A stretch of 53,529 nucleotides of DNA, counting the filler, from Sluysia triapertura (lineage: Eukaryota): NCBI GenBank assembly GCA_046118255.1. It is 3 parts of 3 records of this genome, joined end to end, with 100 filler letters (N's around TTAATTAATTAA, not from the genome) between each part and the next. Parts side by side here need not be neighbours in the genome. Positions count along the whole stretch, not along the records: positions 1 to 24,680 come from JBJNIA010186279.1; 2 more parts are not named here. The stretch is one strand, 5' to 3'. The translations under genes were made by a program, and so were the position numbers. The notes under the pieces were generated by a model that saw nothing but the letters and a program-made list of their open reading frames with translations, did not search any database and had not been told where the DNA came from. Within the stretch, counting starts at the first letter, position 1. Every line of letters starts with the position of its first letter. Of this stretch, positions 1 through 15,000 are shown one piece after another.

Positions 1-112
1 AATGCATTTATTGTAATAAAATTATTGTAAATTTATAATTTAAGTAAGGATAAAATTAAAAACATTTTTAAATAGTATTGATTTTCAAAGTGCATTTTTT
101 GTACCAATTTAG

Positions 113-362
113 GTTCTGGAGTCGTTTCGCATTATGGATTATTCATTATTGTTGGCGATAGTTAATGTGGATCAATATCGAAAAGCTCTTAATTCGAATA
201 CAATAACTGGTTCAAATAATGCAGTAGATAGTAAGTGTGATTCTTGTCCTAGTGCAATTTGTTCTGGTGCTGCTAGTAATAATGCTTCTGCTATTATTGG
301 TGCTGCTGTTACTTTCGCAGACGAACAACATGTCATTAGTAACATATCTACGGACACTTCAG
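113..362 (+). CDS. PIP5K1: Type I phosphatidylinositol-4-phosphate 5-kinase, internal exon (upstream exons outside window)
   Basis: tttag| acceptor, then VLESFRIMDYSLLLAIVNVDQ (PIP5K catalytic MDYSLL motif). Donor CAG|GTGTAT at 363, phase 1. Confidence 0.93.
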
Positions 363-2532
363 GTGTATTTTTATCGTAGAATTTTTTCAACATAAATGAT
401 TATTTGTATTTGAATGGGATTGTAGTATAAGAACAATTAGTCAAATGAAGTAATTTAATAATTACTAATTGAAATAATTTAAAAAATAATAGTTATATTA
501 GCTTTATGTATAAAAATCAATAAGCTTCTATATATACTGAATATTATATCTTTTCTGATTCGGCTAATATTTGAAGTTTAGTTTTTATCATTTTAACATT
601 TATTTTATAGTCATGCATTAATTGAATTTTTTCATACTTTCAAAACATATTGTGAATGTACTTTCTAATAATTTAAATATTTATTTTTCGTTTGTACTTA
701 GTGATATTTTTAGTTTATTTTGTTTAACGCTGAATAATACAATTCAAATTAATCTAATTTCTGTTTGGTACTAATTTTTATTTTGTTTCTCAGAGAAATT
801 TTATAGCATTTGACCGAACAGTCAAAATATTTAATTTTTTTTAATCAGTTTCAATGTTTTCTGTTTAATAGTAATTATTACAATGCATAATTTCTTGCTT
901 ATTTTTAAATTGTTTTCAAATTATTTAATGAATTGAATGCTAATCAAATAATACTTAAATTATATTAACACATTACCTGCCATGTCATTCAAAATTATAG
1001 AAATTAATTAAAAAATACCTTCGACATATCGCCACGTGGCAATTTTTTCATGTCATCGAACAATGCATGGCACGCAATGTGTTAGAGATTCCTACCAAGT
1101 TGCTGTTCAATTATTTAACTTTATATGTAAATTAAACAGCAGTTAAATATTAGATTAATTCAATTGATTTCGATTGCTTTTTGTTTATTAGTTGATGCTT
1201 CATTGTTTTAAAAAAGAAATATTTATTAATAAATATTAATTATTTTATTAATTAATTATTAATTAATAAATATTAATTATTTTATTTTAATACAAGCTTA
1301 AAATATAAGAATATAAAAGATAAGATCGAATGATGTTTGAATCAAAATTTATTTTAATCATATAAATCTATTATGTAAAAATATAGACCTGTATTTTCAA
1401 TCGTATAACTAATATTAAAAGAAGATGTATTCCAGATTATACAGATAAGGTATTTTTTGAAATAAATAGAACGATTTAAAAAGATATGTAATTCTAATAA
1501 TGCGTTTAATAGCACTTCCCAAGCTATTTTGATTAATGATTCGTTTTTGTCAGTTATATTTTTTCGCCACTTCATATATTAAATATAAAATATTTTCTCA
1601 TAAATAATTTATTTCTTTGTAAACAATATACATTATAAAGAGAAGTAGTTTTAAGTATACAAAAAAGAAGAAAGTAACTATAAAGATTTGTTGCAGTTGT
1701 TAAACGCGTGTGTGAATAGTTAAAAATAGTTATCAAGTAAAACATGTGTAAAATTTTATATAATTTAAAATTTTTGATTTTGTGTTTATTTTTTGCCAGT
1801 AAGATCCAAATGGATTTATATTTGAAATTATTTATCAAATAAAATAAAAATAAAAAGCTTCGATTTTGTTATTGCTTTGTGTTTATTTATTTTTTTTTAT
1901 CGAAACCAATAATTGTTTCATAATTTAGTATTTTACAAAACACTGAATCGGCGTATCAAAAAATGGATATTTTACGAATTCATACTTAATTAGCTTTAAA
2001 TTAAGAAACAATTAAAAAATCACAATTTTATCTTTATTCGTGTTATTTCTAAAAATATTTTATAATTGTTACTGTTATTTTGTATGTCATTTTATATATT
2101 CAAACGCATTTCCAGTCTTTTGTAAAATTTATTTTTCTTTTCTTTGAAGAGTCCAATTATGAATAATAGTTTTTTTTACATACAATAATGTTACTGGAAA
2201 ATTTTATTAAAGTGTAAGAATTAAAATAAAAATACACCATCTTAAATCAACGAACTCAAAAGGCTCACACACGTGATAATAAGTTATGATGAGTTTACTT
2301 CTGAGCGCATATTTGCACTCATAATACTCAAAGGGTTAAGTGTCGCATAATACGATATTATTTATTTTATATCTATAAATACAAATTTGCTTGATACGTT
2401 TTTATGTAGAATATAAGCTTTGACATTTGTTATATCTAAAATGTGGCAAGTTTAATATTTTGCATAGCTTTATTTATTTGGTACAATGTAGTAACTATTT
2501 ATATTACTTGTAATTAAAACTATCCTAGTTAT

Positions 2533-2562
2533 TACTAACACTTGCTTCCTTTTTAGGTAAGT
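2533..2562 (+). promoter_or_regulatory. Candidate recursive splice site (zero-length exon) in PIP5K1 intron
   Basis: TACTAAC branch point, pyrimidine tract, then TTTTAG|GTAAGT with no exon between acceptor and donor. Confidence 0.5.
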
Positions 2563-3943
2563 TTTATTAAGTGGTTGATTTTATATGTTGCCTTAGTTAA
2601 CTGCTTAATTTATTTGATCTTTAAATTGAAAGTTTACTTTATTTGTCATTGATCGGAGAGATATGGTTGTGATTTTAGTCGTTTAAATTTAATTAGAGTC
2701 TTCGATCTTTACACAAGGAAACCTTCGATTAATTAATCAGTTAAGATATACAAGAATTTACATCAAAGAAAAATGTAACCAAACGTGATTAGGATTTTTT
2801 GATATTATCGATATCAATTTATTGATTAAAATTTTAATTAGAGTTAACTTGATATTAAATATTGTTTTCCGAATTAATGTCCGATTAAATATTATTCAGT
2901 CCTAGATGTGGATGCTCAAATATTGAATCAATTTAACTGTAAATAAAATTAATGTCTCAATTAAATATTATATAAATCTAGATTAGTGTATTCAAATATT
3001 GAATTCATAAAAGTAATATTATTTCCATCAAATATTACACAAATCCAGCTAAATATGCCAAGAATATCTGTCTTTTGTAGTTATATTCTATAGTTCATTT
3101 CTCCATATAGTTTATAAGGCCACTTTTCAGGAGTTAATTTCATTCTACATATCGTGATATTATGACTACTTCTGTTAAAATATTTGCTTGATCATTTTAA
3201 CTGTCACGATTCCTATTTGGGGATATGGAATTTTATGTGTACCTCTTAGCACGAAGAATATATCAGGTGTGTTTCACACTAGTGTCATTTTATACGTATC
3301 AATCAATATTATTTTTATCAGACGATTTACATTCTTTTACATAATTTGAAAAGAACTAAACATTATAGATTAAAATGACATTATTTATACCTAATACCTT
3401 AATGGGTATCCATTTGTATTATCAAATTATTGTTTCATTTTATTTTTAAATGTGCCAAATTTATGTTACTTATTTAAGATATAAATAAAAATTAAAAACA
3501 ATATCAAACTGAAGCGGTGAGAGCATTAATGGAATTCGACACAGTTAGCAAGTAAAGAAAGCTATGGATTAAACGCAAGTGACAAAACATAATGCGATTT
3601 GGCCGTATACTTGAAATTAATCATGGGAGTCCCCTTAACTATAGAAAAGTTAAAATGAAATTTAAAATATTGGCCGCAAAACAAACATCACTTAGTATTA
3701 TATAAGTAATTTACAAAATTTAGTTCATACTATTTATTTAAATAATACACAGTTTATAGTGAATTAATATACTTGCATTTGGTGAACAAACAATAACTGT
3801 TCCAGGAGACATAATTTCGACGAAAAATTTTAATACAAAAAAATTAATTACTTAATTATTGAAATAATACTGAACCATGTTCATAGTCATGCTTAACATA
3901 TTAAAGTTGTAGAAAATAATAATTATTTAACCTCATATTTAAG

Positions 3944-4112
3944 GAGAAGGTGATCATGAAGGCGGTGAGTCAGGTTTATTTGGTAATCAAGTTACGCGCA
4001 ATGCAAGTCACGCCAAATCATTAAAAAGAATAGCGGCATATACAACTCCAATAGAAGCAATTCGGCATGACGGAACAATTGATACAGAAGATAGTGATTA
4101 TAATGAATTACC
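3944..4112 (+). CDS. PIP5K1: PIP5K1 exon (insert region)
   Basis: taag| acceptor, phase-compatible with the previous exon. Encodes ...KRIAAYTTPIEAIRHDG..., resembling the YSTAMESI motif. Donor CC|GTTAGA, phase 2. Confidence 0.85.
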
Positions 4113-6965
4113 GTTAGATTTCCTGTTGTGTTAACATAAAATATTTGTTTTATGTTAATCAATTTATGTAAAATTATAATCTTCTTAAATCGTAACTAGA
4201 TAAATTTAAAATGACATTAAATTATGAATCGAATAAATTTTAATTTTGGTTTTACTTAATTATTTTGCGATGGTTTTGTGCTAAAATATAATTATAACTT
4301 CACAAAATAGAATTAATGGGTTCGCATATAGTTGGGGTCTATATTTTAGACTTACAATACAAATTAACAAATTATATAGATTCTAAATGGGTTTCTAGTT
4401 ACGTTACACCAACAGCAGAGTGTCTATTATAAAATTTAACTCGGTACTAATTTTAAATACTTTATAAATCTAAAGGCCTAATATGAATTTTTATTTGTTT
4501 TTCTATATTTTATTGCCAAGCTTTTAGCTACCTTTTTGACAAATAAATGCAATTGTTTAAGAATGATTTGATTTCGAGTGCAATTTAGTATAGGATACTA
4601 AATTATAACATGTCAAGTTAATTAATCCTAGATTCAACGCGACTAATACAATTAATCCAGATGTTACGTCAGTGTCTTTGCGTTTCTTATGCTATGAACG
4701 TCCTTCATATAATGCTTGACACGAATTTGAGGTTTAATTAACTCAAGAGAATGAAACTTTTTATGGTAGGACATGTAACAAAGTTTGTACAATTTGTGGC
4801 TAGGAGAAGTAATAACCTAACAATTTCAATTATAAGTGATTGGTCTATTTTTAGTTAAATATTAATAAAATTCACAAATGTTACACTAAATTAATTTCAT
4901 TTTGTGATTGGAACCTTTATCGATTTAAGAAAGTATATAAGTAAGTATATAAGTAATGTTTTGAAAATCTATGTAGATCTTTTATTGGTATTATTAATTC
5001 ATATATAAATTAGTATATAAAAATTTTAGTTATGATTTACGAATTTGTTAGATCAACGTTTCTGATAAATATTTATTGCTTTATTTATTCAGAATTTTAA
5101 TATTTTATGGTATATTTCAAATTTATAATGAGTTTAAGATGCTTTTATAGTCAATTTGTGTATATGTAAATCCAATTTAAGTTTCGGGGAAATACAATTT
5201 CTAAGATATACAACCTAAATTATGGTTTAAATTATTGTCTCTATAGCATCAAGTGAAACAAATAAGAGTTTGATATATAACTATATTGACTTTAAAGTGT
5301 CACATGTATCTCACGAATACTGATCTAGAAGTTATTTTGATGTAATTCACCAAGTCGTGCATTAGTTTAATATCTTTATATTGACTATTTAAATTGAAAC
5401 AAATAAACAAAATTTTCTCTATTTTTCCTTAAGGTTCAAAACAGGATTTAAAGTCCATTGTAAAATACATAATTAATAAAAACAAAAACAATAAATAGTA
5501 ATAAAGAAAATAATATAAATAACTAGAAATTATGACAATTTCAAAATCAACAATAAACTTAGAATAAAAATTGATAGGATAATTTAATAATAAAAATATA
5601 ATAATAATGATAATAATAAAATATTGACCGAAATATTCAATAATTAAATAAAGTGTTTTAAAATAGTTAATATTTAAAAGAATTCAGTCTTAATGATTAA
5701 TTTAAATTTAGGATTTTCGATGTAGGGAAAGTTCTTGAAAACGGTGAAATGTAAAGATGAAGATAAAACCATGAATTAATATTTTTTGTGTAAATGTTCA
5801 AAAATGTGTAATTGTATTTTTATGTGTATTATTAAATGCAAGAAATAATGCTTTATTTTTTAAACAATGTTTACGATAAATTTATATAACAGCAAGATAA
5901 TTCAAGGCCACATGCAACAAACAAGATAATTCATTACTTTAAAAATAACTATATCAAAGTCCGCCGATATTAATCTAGTGGAAAATATTTCGAAGATTTT
6001 TAAATGCAAACATATATGAAAAAAATATTTTTTAACCTTACAATCAAAAAATGTAAACATGGTGAAGTTCGCCTGCGATCAACATCTTATAACTTTTTCT
6101 ACAGTGGTTTTTCTAAAGTATTTTTTACTAAAGTCTCAGCTAAATACATATAATTACTTAACTGTTTTAATAAAATGATTAATTCACTTAGTAAACACAA
6201 AAATAGGCTAATATTTTTATCAAACGACGATTTACAATATATAAGTAGTATTAAGATACACTGTGATAATAAAAAAGGAACTTCAAATGTTAATATACAA
6301 TTTTTTAATAAAAAAGAATACTTTAATTTTTTAAAATGTCATTGTCTCTTGGAAGTATTGTTTGGAATTTATATATTTTAACGGTTCTTTTTTATTAGAT
6401 TGTGTCCATAAGCAATTTTTTATTTTATTTTTACTATTGTGTCTTTATTCTGAATATACTGCGCATTTTTGTGCGTTTGTGTAGCAATTTTTTAATTAGA
6501 AGTACTTACCCATGACTTTAATTTTTTTAAGTTAAAAGGCCTCATACTTGATTTTTATTCTCTTCATAGTTAAAAACTTTTAAATGATTTTAATAAAATA
6601 GAAATGAAAACCGAATAATAGCAACCAAAAATAAATAAATTAATCACGATGAATGTATTTTCACAATAATGCGGTCAATTTCTTCTATATATTAGTTAAT
6701 TTTTTCTATGTATTATTGGTTTGGTTATATCTTATGTATTTATTTTTGTTTGCTATTTTTTTCATTCATGTGATCCCTCTGTTTAATTTATAGCTTTCTA
6801 AACTCCTTAGTAAGTGTTTTTATTTTTAAGTTAGATTTTTTGAGGTATTTTGTTAATTTAAGTTTTTTAAGCTTTTTCTTTAGAATGCTTTATGGAGTTA
6901 TAAAACTTTATTAAATTAGTTAATTCATTAATTTGAATAATATAACTATAATAATTGAATTTTAG

Positions 6966-7098
6966 TGCCGGTGGTATCCCAGCTAAGTCAGAAAGTGATG
7001 AAAAATTATATCTTTATTTGGGTATTATTGATATTTTACAATCGTATCAAATAAATAAAAAATTGGAACATTCTTTTAAATCTATTATTCAAGATCCG
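6966..7098 (+). CDS. PIP5K1: PIP5K1 exon (GIIDILQ motif and activation loop)
   Basis: tttag|T GCC... gives AGGIPAKSESDEKLYLYLGIIDILQSYQINKKLEHSFKSIIQDP. KKLEH is the type I (PI4P-specific) activation loop. Donor |GTTAGT, phase 0. Confidence 0.95.
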
Positions 7099-7705
7099 GT
7101 TAGTACTATTTAATTGTTTTTGATTTTATAATGGAATAATTATGATTATATTATTAATAATGACAAAGGAATGATTTTAATTAACTGTTTAAAGATGTTT
7201 TTCTATTCAAAAATAAAATACGGAATTATTTGCAGAGATTAAAGTTATATTTCGAAATATTCTAAATATTCTTTTCGAGTATGCACCAAAATGCACATAA
7301 AATTGTTCGTGTCTCAGAGACTAAAGATGATAAATATAGGTTCTTATTTTTCCACTTTGTTAATCTTTTCAAATCATGCTATTTATTCTGAGAAATACAT
7401 TTTTATTGAATGCTCGGCATTAGTCACTTTGAATATGTTGATAAGCAATAATTAAAATAAGTTTCACTGGATTCTAATTTAAGACATGGAAGCAAACATT
7501 TTCCAAAAAGCGAGAATTAAAAGGTATAGAATAGAGATATTGCAAACGTTGATAATTGTGCATTGATTATTAATAATAATATTCATCATACGCGCGCACC
7601 TAATAACATGTTTTAAAGTTTTTTCCTTTTGTTTTATCAAATTTAAATTTTTATTTAAATCATATTTTTATTTAATTTCACTTAAATACTTAATACTTAA
7701 ATATT

Positions 7706-7706
<1 letters not shown>

Positions 7707-7766
<60 letters not shown>

Positions 7767-7790
7767 TTATGATAATAATAATAAAAATAA
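7707..7790. repeat. (TAA)n microsatellite
   Basis: Visible run of taa units. Confidence 0.95.
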
Positions 7791-8950
7791 TTTATATTGC
7801 GCTCATATCTACTGCAAAGTGAGTACTCAAAAGCGCTCAAAATATATCATTCACTATAATATTTCTGAAACAGAAAGAACTTTGCTATCTTCCAGTAATT
7901 TGACATTCTTTGGTAACTGAAAGATAAACGCTATACAACGTATCAGCTAGCTTATAATCACTGTGGATTCTGAATAGATTATTATTTAGAGAAAATTTAA
8001 AATCCCAATTAGTAGCAACGATATTTCTTTATATTTTGCATTGCTTAAATGTTAACATTAATATTTGTTATTTGCAGGTTTTAAAAATATATTTGTTTTG
8101 TCTAATTTTTTGTGATTTTCTAACATATGTTATAATCAATAAATGCAAAAGTGAAGTATGTATTTGTAATAAGTAATTGCTTATATTGTATTTTTATTTT
8201 ACATGCAAAATTTATTACAGTTTTTACACTAATTAAAATAAGCATACAAATGGACATAAATATCACTGAAAATAGTTTATTTTACGATGTCACTATAGTT
8301 ATTGGGAAATGATTGTTTTATTACTAGTCAATATGTACATAATTTTCTATATTTTTCAATTACTGATAAATAGCTTTAAAGGTTTAAAAGTATTATTCAA
8401 ATATGCACATATAAATTAAAATAAAAAAATTAAATGTGCATTTATCCAAAAAGGAATTATTGAATAACTGAAGAAAACATTTTCTGATCAACTTGGGATA
8501 TCAAATTTATTCATTTGATATAAATTTTATTAAAATTACTGTTTGACTATGATGTTTGAGTGACAAAATGGATTACATTGAAATTCCATAAATATTGTGA
8601 CAATATTTTATTAACGCATTTTGTAAAGAAAAAAGATTTTCATGAAAACTTCATATGCTAACAGTTAATTAATAAGGAAATTATCATTAAACTGTTTCAA
8701 TTCAAAAAATTATTTAATGTTTGATCAAACATTATTTTAACAAAATAATTGTGATAGAAATGAATATACCAACAAAATTTTTCTATAAATTATCAATAAT
8801 ATTTATATATAAAATAAACGCATTATGAACATTAAATAGTGAGGTTGCTAATTCAAGAAAACTAAGTAATTATTTTTTATGGAAGTTGCGTAATATCTGG
8901 GTTAACAAAATATTTGTTTTTATTTAGGGAAAATTCTCAGTAATATAAAT

Positions 8951-9235
8951 CAATATCGATCACAGATAAAGTTCTTTTTATTAAAGGGAAAAAGGAACAG
9001 AAATATTCAAAGAATTAAATATTGTGTATAAAAATGAATGTCCATCGTACGTAATGATTAAACAATGGACTAAGGAGTACTTTCGATTTTTAATGAAGAA
9101 AAGGTTGGGTTGTCTGATTGACAGTGGAGATCAAAATGAGAAAAAATATATTAAATGCGTCGGATGTTCATAAGTTACACCAGTCATTGGGTTTCAGAAA
9201 ATTGTGTTCCACATTTGCTACGCGTATATTTACTG
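8951..9235 (+). mobile_element. Mariner transposase remnant (N-terminal HTH) inside PIP5K1 intron
   Basis: Frameshifted YRSQIKFFLLKGK/GTEIFKELNIVYKNECPSYVMIKQW, plus LHQSLGFRKLCSTFATRIFT resembling LGMRKLCARWVPRLLT. Confidence 0.75.
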
Positions 9236-10036
9236 CAAAATTAGCTGAAAGCGTCTCGGATCACGTAGTGTCATGACTGAGTTGCGAGTGATTTTTAGTT
9301 CTTGAAAAGAAAGAAATTTTAATCTAAAATTTCGAAAAAACGATCGAAAGAAAATGCGCGAAGAGAAATGTTTCGCATTGAAAAATGATGTTTGCAAGTG
9401 TTTTGTTAAATATCTATGAAATCTTGTGTTGATATTTATTTTCTTTCTGCTTAATGGATGTATCATACATAAGCTCAGTTAATTTGGATACTCCATACAT
9501 TGGAAAATTATTGGTTGAAATCATTATCGGAATGTAAAGAAATCAGAATTAAAAGCCTATTAGTTTATTTTTACCATATTTAGTTATATGGTACGTGTAA
9601 ACGTGTTTTATTGTTATTGATAAATCAAACCTAAAGTCAAGAAAAATTTTTTTCACGGAATGATTAACCTTTCGTTGACCAATAAAGTACATATGCATTT
9701 AAGTAATGTATATAATATATTTCAAAAAAATTTTGACAAAAAACCAACCATATAAATAAACACATTGTTCTACTATATAAAAATTTAAGATGTTAAGACA
9801 GCTTTCATGTAACATATTACGAGAAAATAATTAATGAAATTTAACACTCGTGTTTAAAGGACTAGGTTGGTAGGCGGAAGGTTAATTTAGACAATTGTTT
9901 ACAAAATATTTTTATCTTCAATAGAACAATAGATAAACTAAATATAGAAATAAATATAAATGAAATATTTTAGAAATGAAGTTGATGATGATGACAATAA
10001 TAATAATAATTATGATAATTGTAATAATAATTTCAG

Positions 10037-10348
10037 AACACAATATCGGTCACTAGTCCTTCTTTTTACCGGAATCGATTCGAGCATATGTTCAGCGATA
10101 TTGTATTCAAGAAAAGTGAGTTGATAGTAGATGCAATTTCACTGCCTATATTGTCTCGTTCATTGAGTGCATGTAATTTAACACCAGTACCATTAATTAA
10201 TTATAATACATATGGTATTGGTGTTGATAATTATACAAAACCTACTTTACTTACTTCAAATAATTTCAATTGTAAAAATTTGTCCAATTTTAAACGATCA
10301 AAATCACATAATTTCAGAAAAAGTATTAGGAAAATGTTAAAACTGTAA
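10037..10348 (+). CDS. PIP5K1: PIP5K1 last visible exon (end of kinase domain plus C-terminal tail; alternative donor at 10116)
   Basis: tttcag| then NTISVTSPSFYRNRFEHMFSDIVFKK, matching the DTVSVHRPSFYAERF...VFKK motif. Frame stays open to TAA at 10348. Confidence 0.88.
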   Translation, partial: NTISVTSPSFYRNRFEHMFSDIVFKKSELIVDAISLPILSRSLSACNLTPVPLINYNTYGIGVDNYTKPTLLTSNNFNCKNLSNFKRSKSHNFRKSIRKMLKL

Positions 10349-11992
10349 TTTTAAATGTAATAATATATTTTGCTTGTTTTGACGACATAGCAAGTTATTT
10401 ATGCTTTTTTTAATTAACGAAATTAATCATTACGCAATCAAGGTTAATCAATTTAAATATTGTTTATGATAGGTATTATAAATATATTTATATTTATATT
10501 TATATACATACTGCGCTGCAAAAATATTAATGACATCTAAAATAATTATCTTCAATGTTGCTGTTATTTGATTTTAATATTGATGTTGTTTTTGCTTCTT
10601 AATAAATCGAAGTTGATGTACATATACAACAATGCGCACTGTATGGTTAGATCACATCACAACGAATTCTTCACTGGTAGTATTAGTCTATATTTTAGAA
10701 AAATTCTATATATTTATGCCAGGTTATAAATTCTCATTATACTTCTCATTTTAAGTGTAAAGTAGAGTAAACGATGCAAAATTGACTGATTCATCAGTAT
10801 ATTTATTTAGAAAATGTTATAATTCAAAGAAATTGATAAATATAGCTATTCGGTGTCTGATGATTTGTATTTCAAATCCTCTCAAATGGATGTAATTGGC
10901 TGAATTTTTATTTTTAAAATTCTACTTTTATCATATTCTGATTAATTTAATTTTTGATTATTAATTGGAGCTAATCAATATAATTGTTATAAATTTTATA
11001 GTACCATTATTTCAACTACTTCTATGTGTATTGTGATTTTTCTTTGTATGATTTTAGTTAATGTGGAATAATATTTTATAATAGAATCATAAAAACATAA
11101 TGTATTAAGCTGCTAAAGTAATACGGCTTAAATTAGATTTATTACTTATTAAAGAATCATATACATTCTGAAAAATATTTCAATTTTTATTATTATTATT
11201 ATTAAATGCGTTGTTTCTTATTTCCATTATGATTTCTATATTTGTTTATTCTTAGTTAAAACAATATGTGGAAACTAATTGTAAATCATTTAAATTTTTT
11301 CATATCGATTTTTAGCATTTCTCATACAGTGTTTTGATAATGATTTATCGGCTTAATTTATTGAATAGTTTTAAATAATTGCCCATTCTTAAGGAAATTC
11401 CAAAAAAATTGTATTACAGGAAATATTTTTTCATCCATGTTTAAAATAAATAAATGAAAAAATTCATTGCATGAAGTAATTAAAAGCAATCTCTGAGTTT
11501 AGAATAGGGAGGTATACTTTATGATCAAAAAGAAATATTAATTGAAAATGTAGGATAAATGAATGTGTATCATTAAACGTTTAATTTTATATTAACAAAT
11601 TGTTTTGTTTCGTGAACTGATTAAATGGTTATTTGAAATGCTTTTAAATGACATTATAACATCTATAAAAATTTATAATATCGATAAATCAGCCATATTT
11701 ACAGAAAAGTTGGGAACGAGAAAAAAACAATATTTAGAATAACAACTATATATAACGTGTTTTTGTAACATATGGAGTTCTAAGATTTTCATTTTCAAAT
11801 TCAATTTTTTAAATTAAATGATGTGTATAGTAAACGGATTTTGTACTAGCGGATTTCATTTACTAATAGAATTGGTTTTTTTGTGTGAATAAATTATGAA
11901 ATATTATAAATGAACGATTTTTTACGTAGACAAATATATATGTATAGATAGTAAAAAAGAAACGTTTTTGTTAATAAACTACAAAGGTCTAG

Positions 11993-12050
<58 letters not shown>
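11993..12050. repeat. (TAA)n microsatellite
   Basis: Visible run. Confidence 0.95.
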
Positions 12051-15000
12051 TGGTGAAAAAAATAGAATTTTTAATATGACTCAGTGTTATAAGAAAACAA
12101 TTAAATGCATGCTGTCATTTTTTAGGAATTTGTGAGATGATGAATAAAGTTCAAATATGGCATTAATTACTCTTCGGAAATATTAAAAACCTTTGCTTGG
12201 ATATTTGTTTGACATAAAGTAAAAATAATTTAATTTGTGAATAACTATTTTTATAGCTATTTGCAAATACTTAAATGGAAAAAAATTTTATGCGGGAATA
12301 TAAATTGTATTTTATATCGTCATGTTTTTGTTTACTTAAATACTTTTGTTTAAATGCGTGCAATTTGTTAAGATCTAGAATTGTCGTTAGGATGTTTTAA
12401 TAAATTGCATTAGCGTGTTTAATGAGTCTTATAGTAAATTTTACTATTAGGTTGGAAGAAGAGTTGCATTTAATTTTCTTTTCATATATATTTGGAAAGA
12501 TTTATTGGTATCGAAATTAAATATGAGAATATTCTTTTATATTTCTCAAAAAGACGTGTATTCATATTAGTGATATTCATTGTTTTGAGTAATACATTGA
12601 TTTATTTGCTGTTAGTTGCTTTGTCATCAATATTTTACAAGAAAATGAATTTTAACAGTTATAAAATCTTGTTATGTAAGACAAAAAAGGAATAAAATCA
12701 GAGAATGATATTTTGTAACTTAGACCTTTGTGGGATTATTTGCTTTATTTTATGCATAATAAACGATATAAGTCGATTTTGGAATTTCTATTAATATGTT
12801 ACTATATTACAAAATTTGCTTTTCAGTTTCATTAATAACGATATAAGAAATACCACATTATTTCTCGAATATTGTTTTACAATAAATAAATCAAAACAAA
12901 TATTTTGTTATGTCGTTAAAACGCTTCTTAACCATCAATAATGTTTCGTTTCGTATACATTAAACCAATAAGAATAATTTCAAATATATTGTTATATAAA
13001 ATTATGTTACTAAATAAATATTTCATATTTTTAAAATTTATAAAAACAAACAAATGAGAAAATACTTTCATATCCATTAATCACAGGTGACTGTATTCAA
13101 AGATTGTGCAATACTGCAAGTATGTGATAATTTATCTTTAAATTTTACTTTTTCTGTATTAATACATGATGATTTTTGTACTGTTTTGTGAGTTTTGAAA
13201 GGAAGTTAACGATTATATCTGAGTTTTATTTTATATTGATTTTCGTGGAAATTTTAACACATTAACTAGAATGCGTAATGAGCAAAAATGGGAAGAAATT
13301 CAAAATAATATTAGTATTTATTTAAGTAGCGCGTATGATAGCCAACAGTATATTATCATAATTTTAAAAAACATACATTTCAAATCGTATAAACACTCTT
13401 AAGTGACAGTCCACGAAACGGGTACTAATACCCGCACTGCTCATAATTGGTAATATATTTTCGATATTGTACAGTAAATTTATATATATATGACAATATT
13501 TAACTTGAATATCTTTGATGTTTATATTATTGACTGTTTTGTTATTAAATGTCTATTATTTATTCAAAATTACTGAAATAATAGTATTAAAAATGCACTC
13601 ATTGTATCATGATTTTATTCAAAATAATAATCATATAATATTTGTGCGATGATGTTTCATATAAAGTATATTTATTTATTATTTAAGAAATTAATTATGA
13701 AAGATAAACCAAAATGATAAATACAAATTGTTTATCACTTTTATATATTAAGTACAATTACAACATGAATATGCTCTAATTATTAGAGCTTAAAATCTAT
13801 ATCTTAAACTATTTATTAAATCCCTTGAAACATGCATCATGTTCAGTTATCATTTTCAATACAACGAGTTCTAGTGGATGTTTATTATTATGCGAAAGAG
13901 CTGAATATTTGGCGAATCACTTATGGCAATTGTAACTCATGGCATAATTTTCTATAAAATATCTTCAAGATAAAGCATTATTTCTATATGATAAATTAGA
14001 AATAGAACTTTATTGGATGATAAATCTGAAGTATTTGTCATGTATTTAAATATAACATGACTCATTAACTTTTCAAAGTGCAACATTTTATTAAAAGTAA
14101 TAAAAATAATTAATAGGAATTTTTACAAATTAATATTGTATAAGTATAATAAAGAGTTTCACAAGCCTTTTTAAGTATCTCTTTAAAATTAAAATATTCT
14201 GTATGAATTAAAATATGAATTTGCCCCTTAATATCTATTGTATATATTGACTATAGATGCTTTATGGTATTTTAGGGAATGATTTTTCCATAGAATAACA
14301 CTTTGATTATGTCTCATTCTATTTTTAATGCGATAATCGGTCGGAGGTTCACACTAAAATTGTATGTAAAATTTTATTAGTTTAGTAAATGGAAAAAAGC
14401 TACATACTGCGGGGATATGTAAGTCTCAGAGAGTGTATATGTATCCCATAATTAAACTACTGCAAGGACATATGTGGCCCAAGGCATTTTTTCAAAAACC
14501 ATATTTTCTAAAAATCTGAAATTATGTAAACATGTTCATTTACTTATTTACACCATATGCAGCTCAATTACATAGAAATATCGTATTGAAAGGGTTAAGA
14601 AAGTAAAAAGTTAAATTAATGAAGCCGCTTTAGTAAGTAAAATTCAAGTTATCACGGCATTATTAACGTTTTATTATGATCATGGATAATATTATAAGTC
14701 AAATCAATCCATTTGAATTTGATTAAATTATCAAATATTATTATCAAAGAATTTTGGTTGTAGAAGGATTAACAAAAATTTTCTATTCATATTTGCATTG
14801 CAAAATAATGGAAAGTTTTTTAAACAAAGAGAAGCATTAAGGGATAAATATACTCTACATTAACATACAAGTATCAGGAAGCAAGGAATTATTAAATATA
14901 ATTCAATGGAATTTTTTGTTATTTAAATCTGTGCTCTGTGCTTATGCCCTATTATGATAATCTATGTGGCATGGATTTATTGTGAAATTAGTCTTCGGGA

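Noticed and set aside
769-813. Extra PIP5K1 exon after TACTAAT...TTTCTCAG
   Set aside because: In-frame stop within 7 codons and no donor, so it is unsupported without RNA data.
2290-2339. piggyBac-like end AAAGGGTTAA (also 14589-14598)
   Set aside because: No matching TTAACCC partner end or transposase was found, and the match is too short to call.
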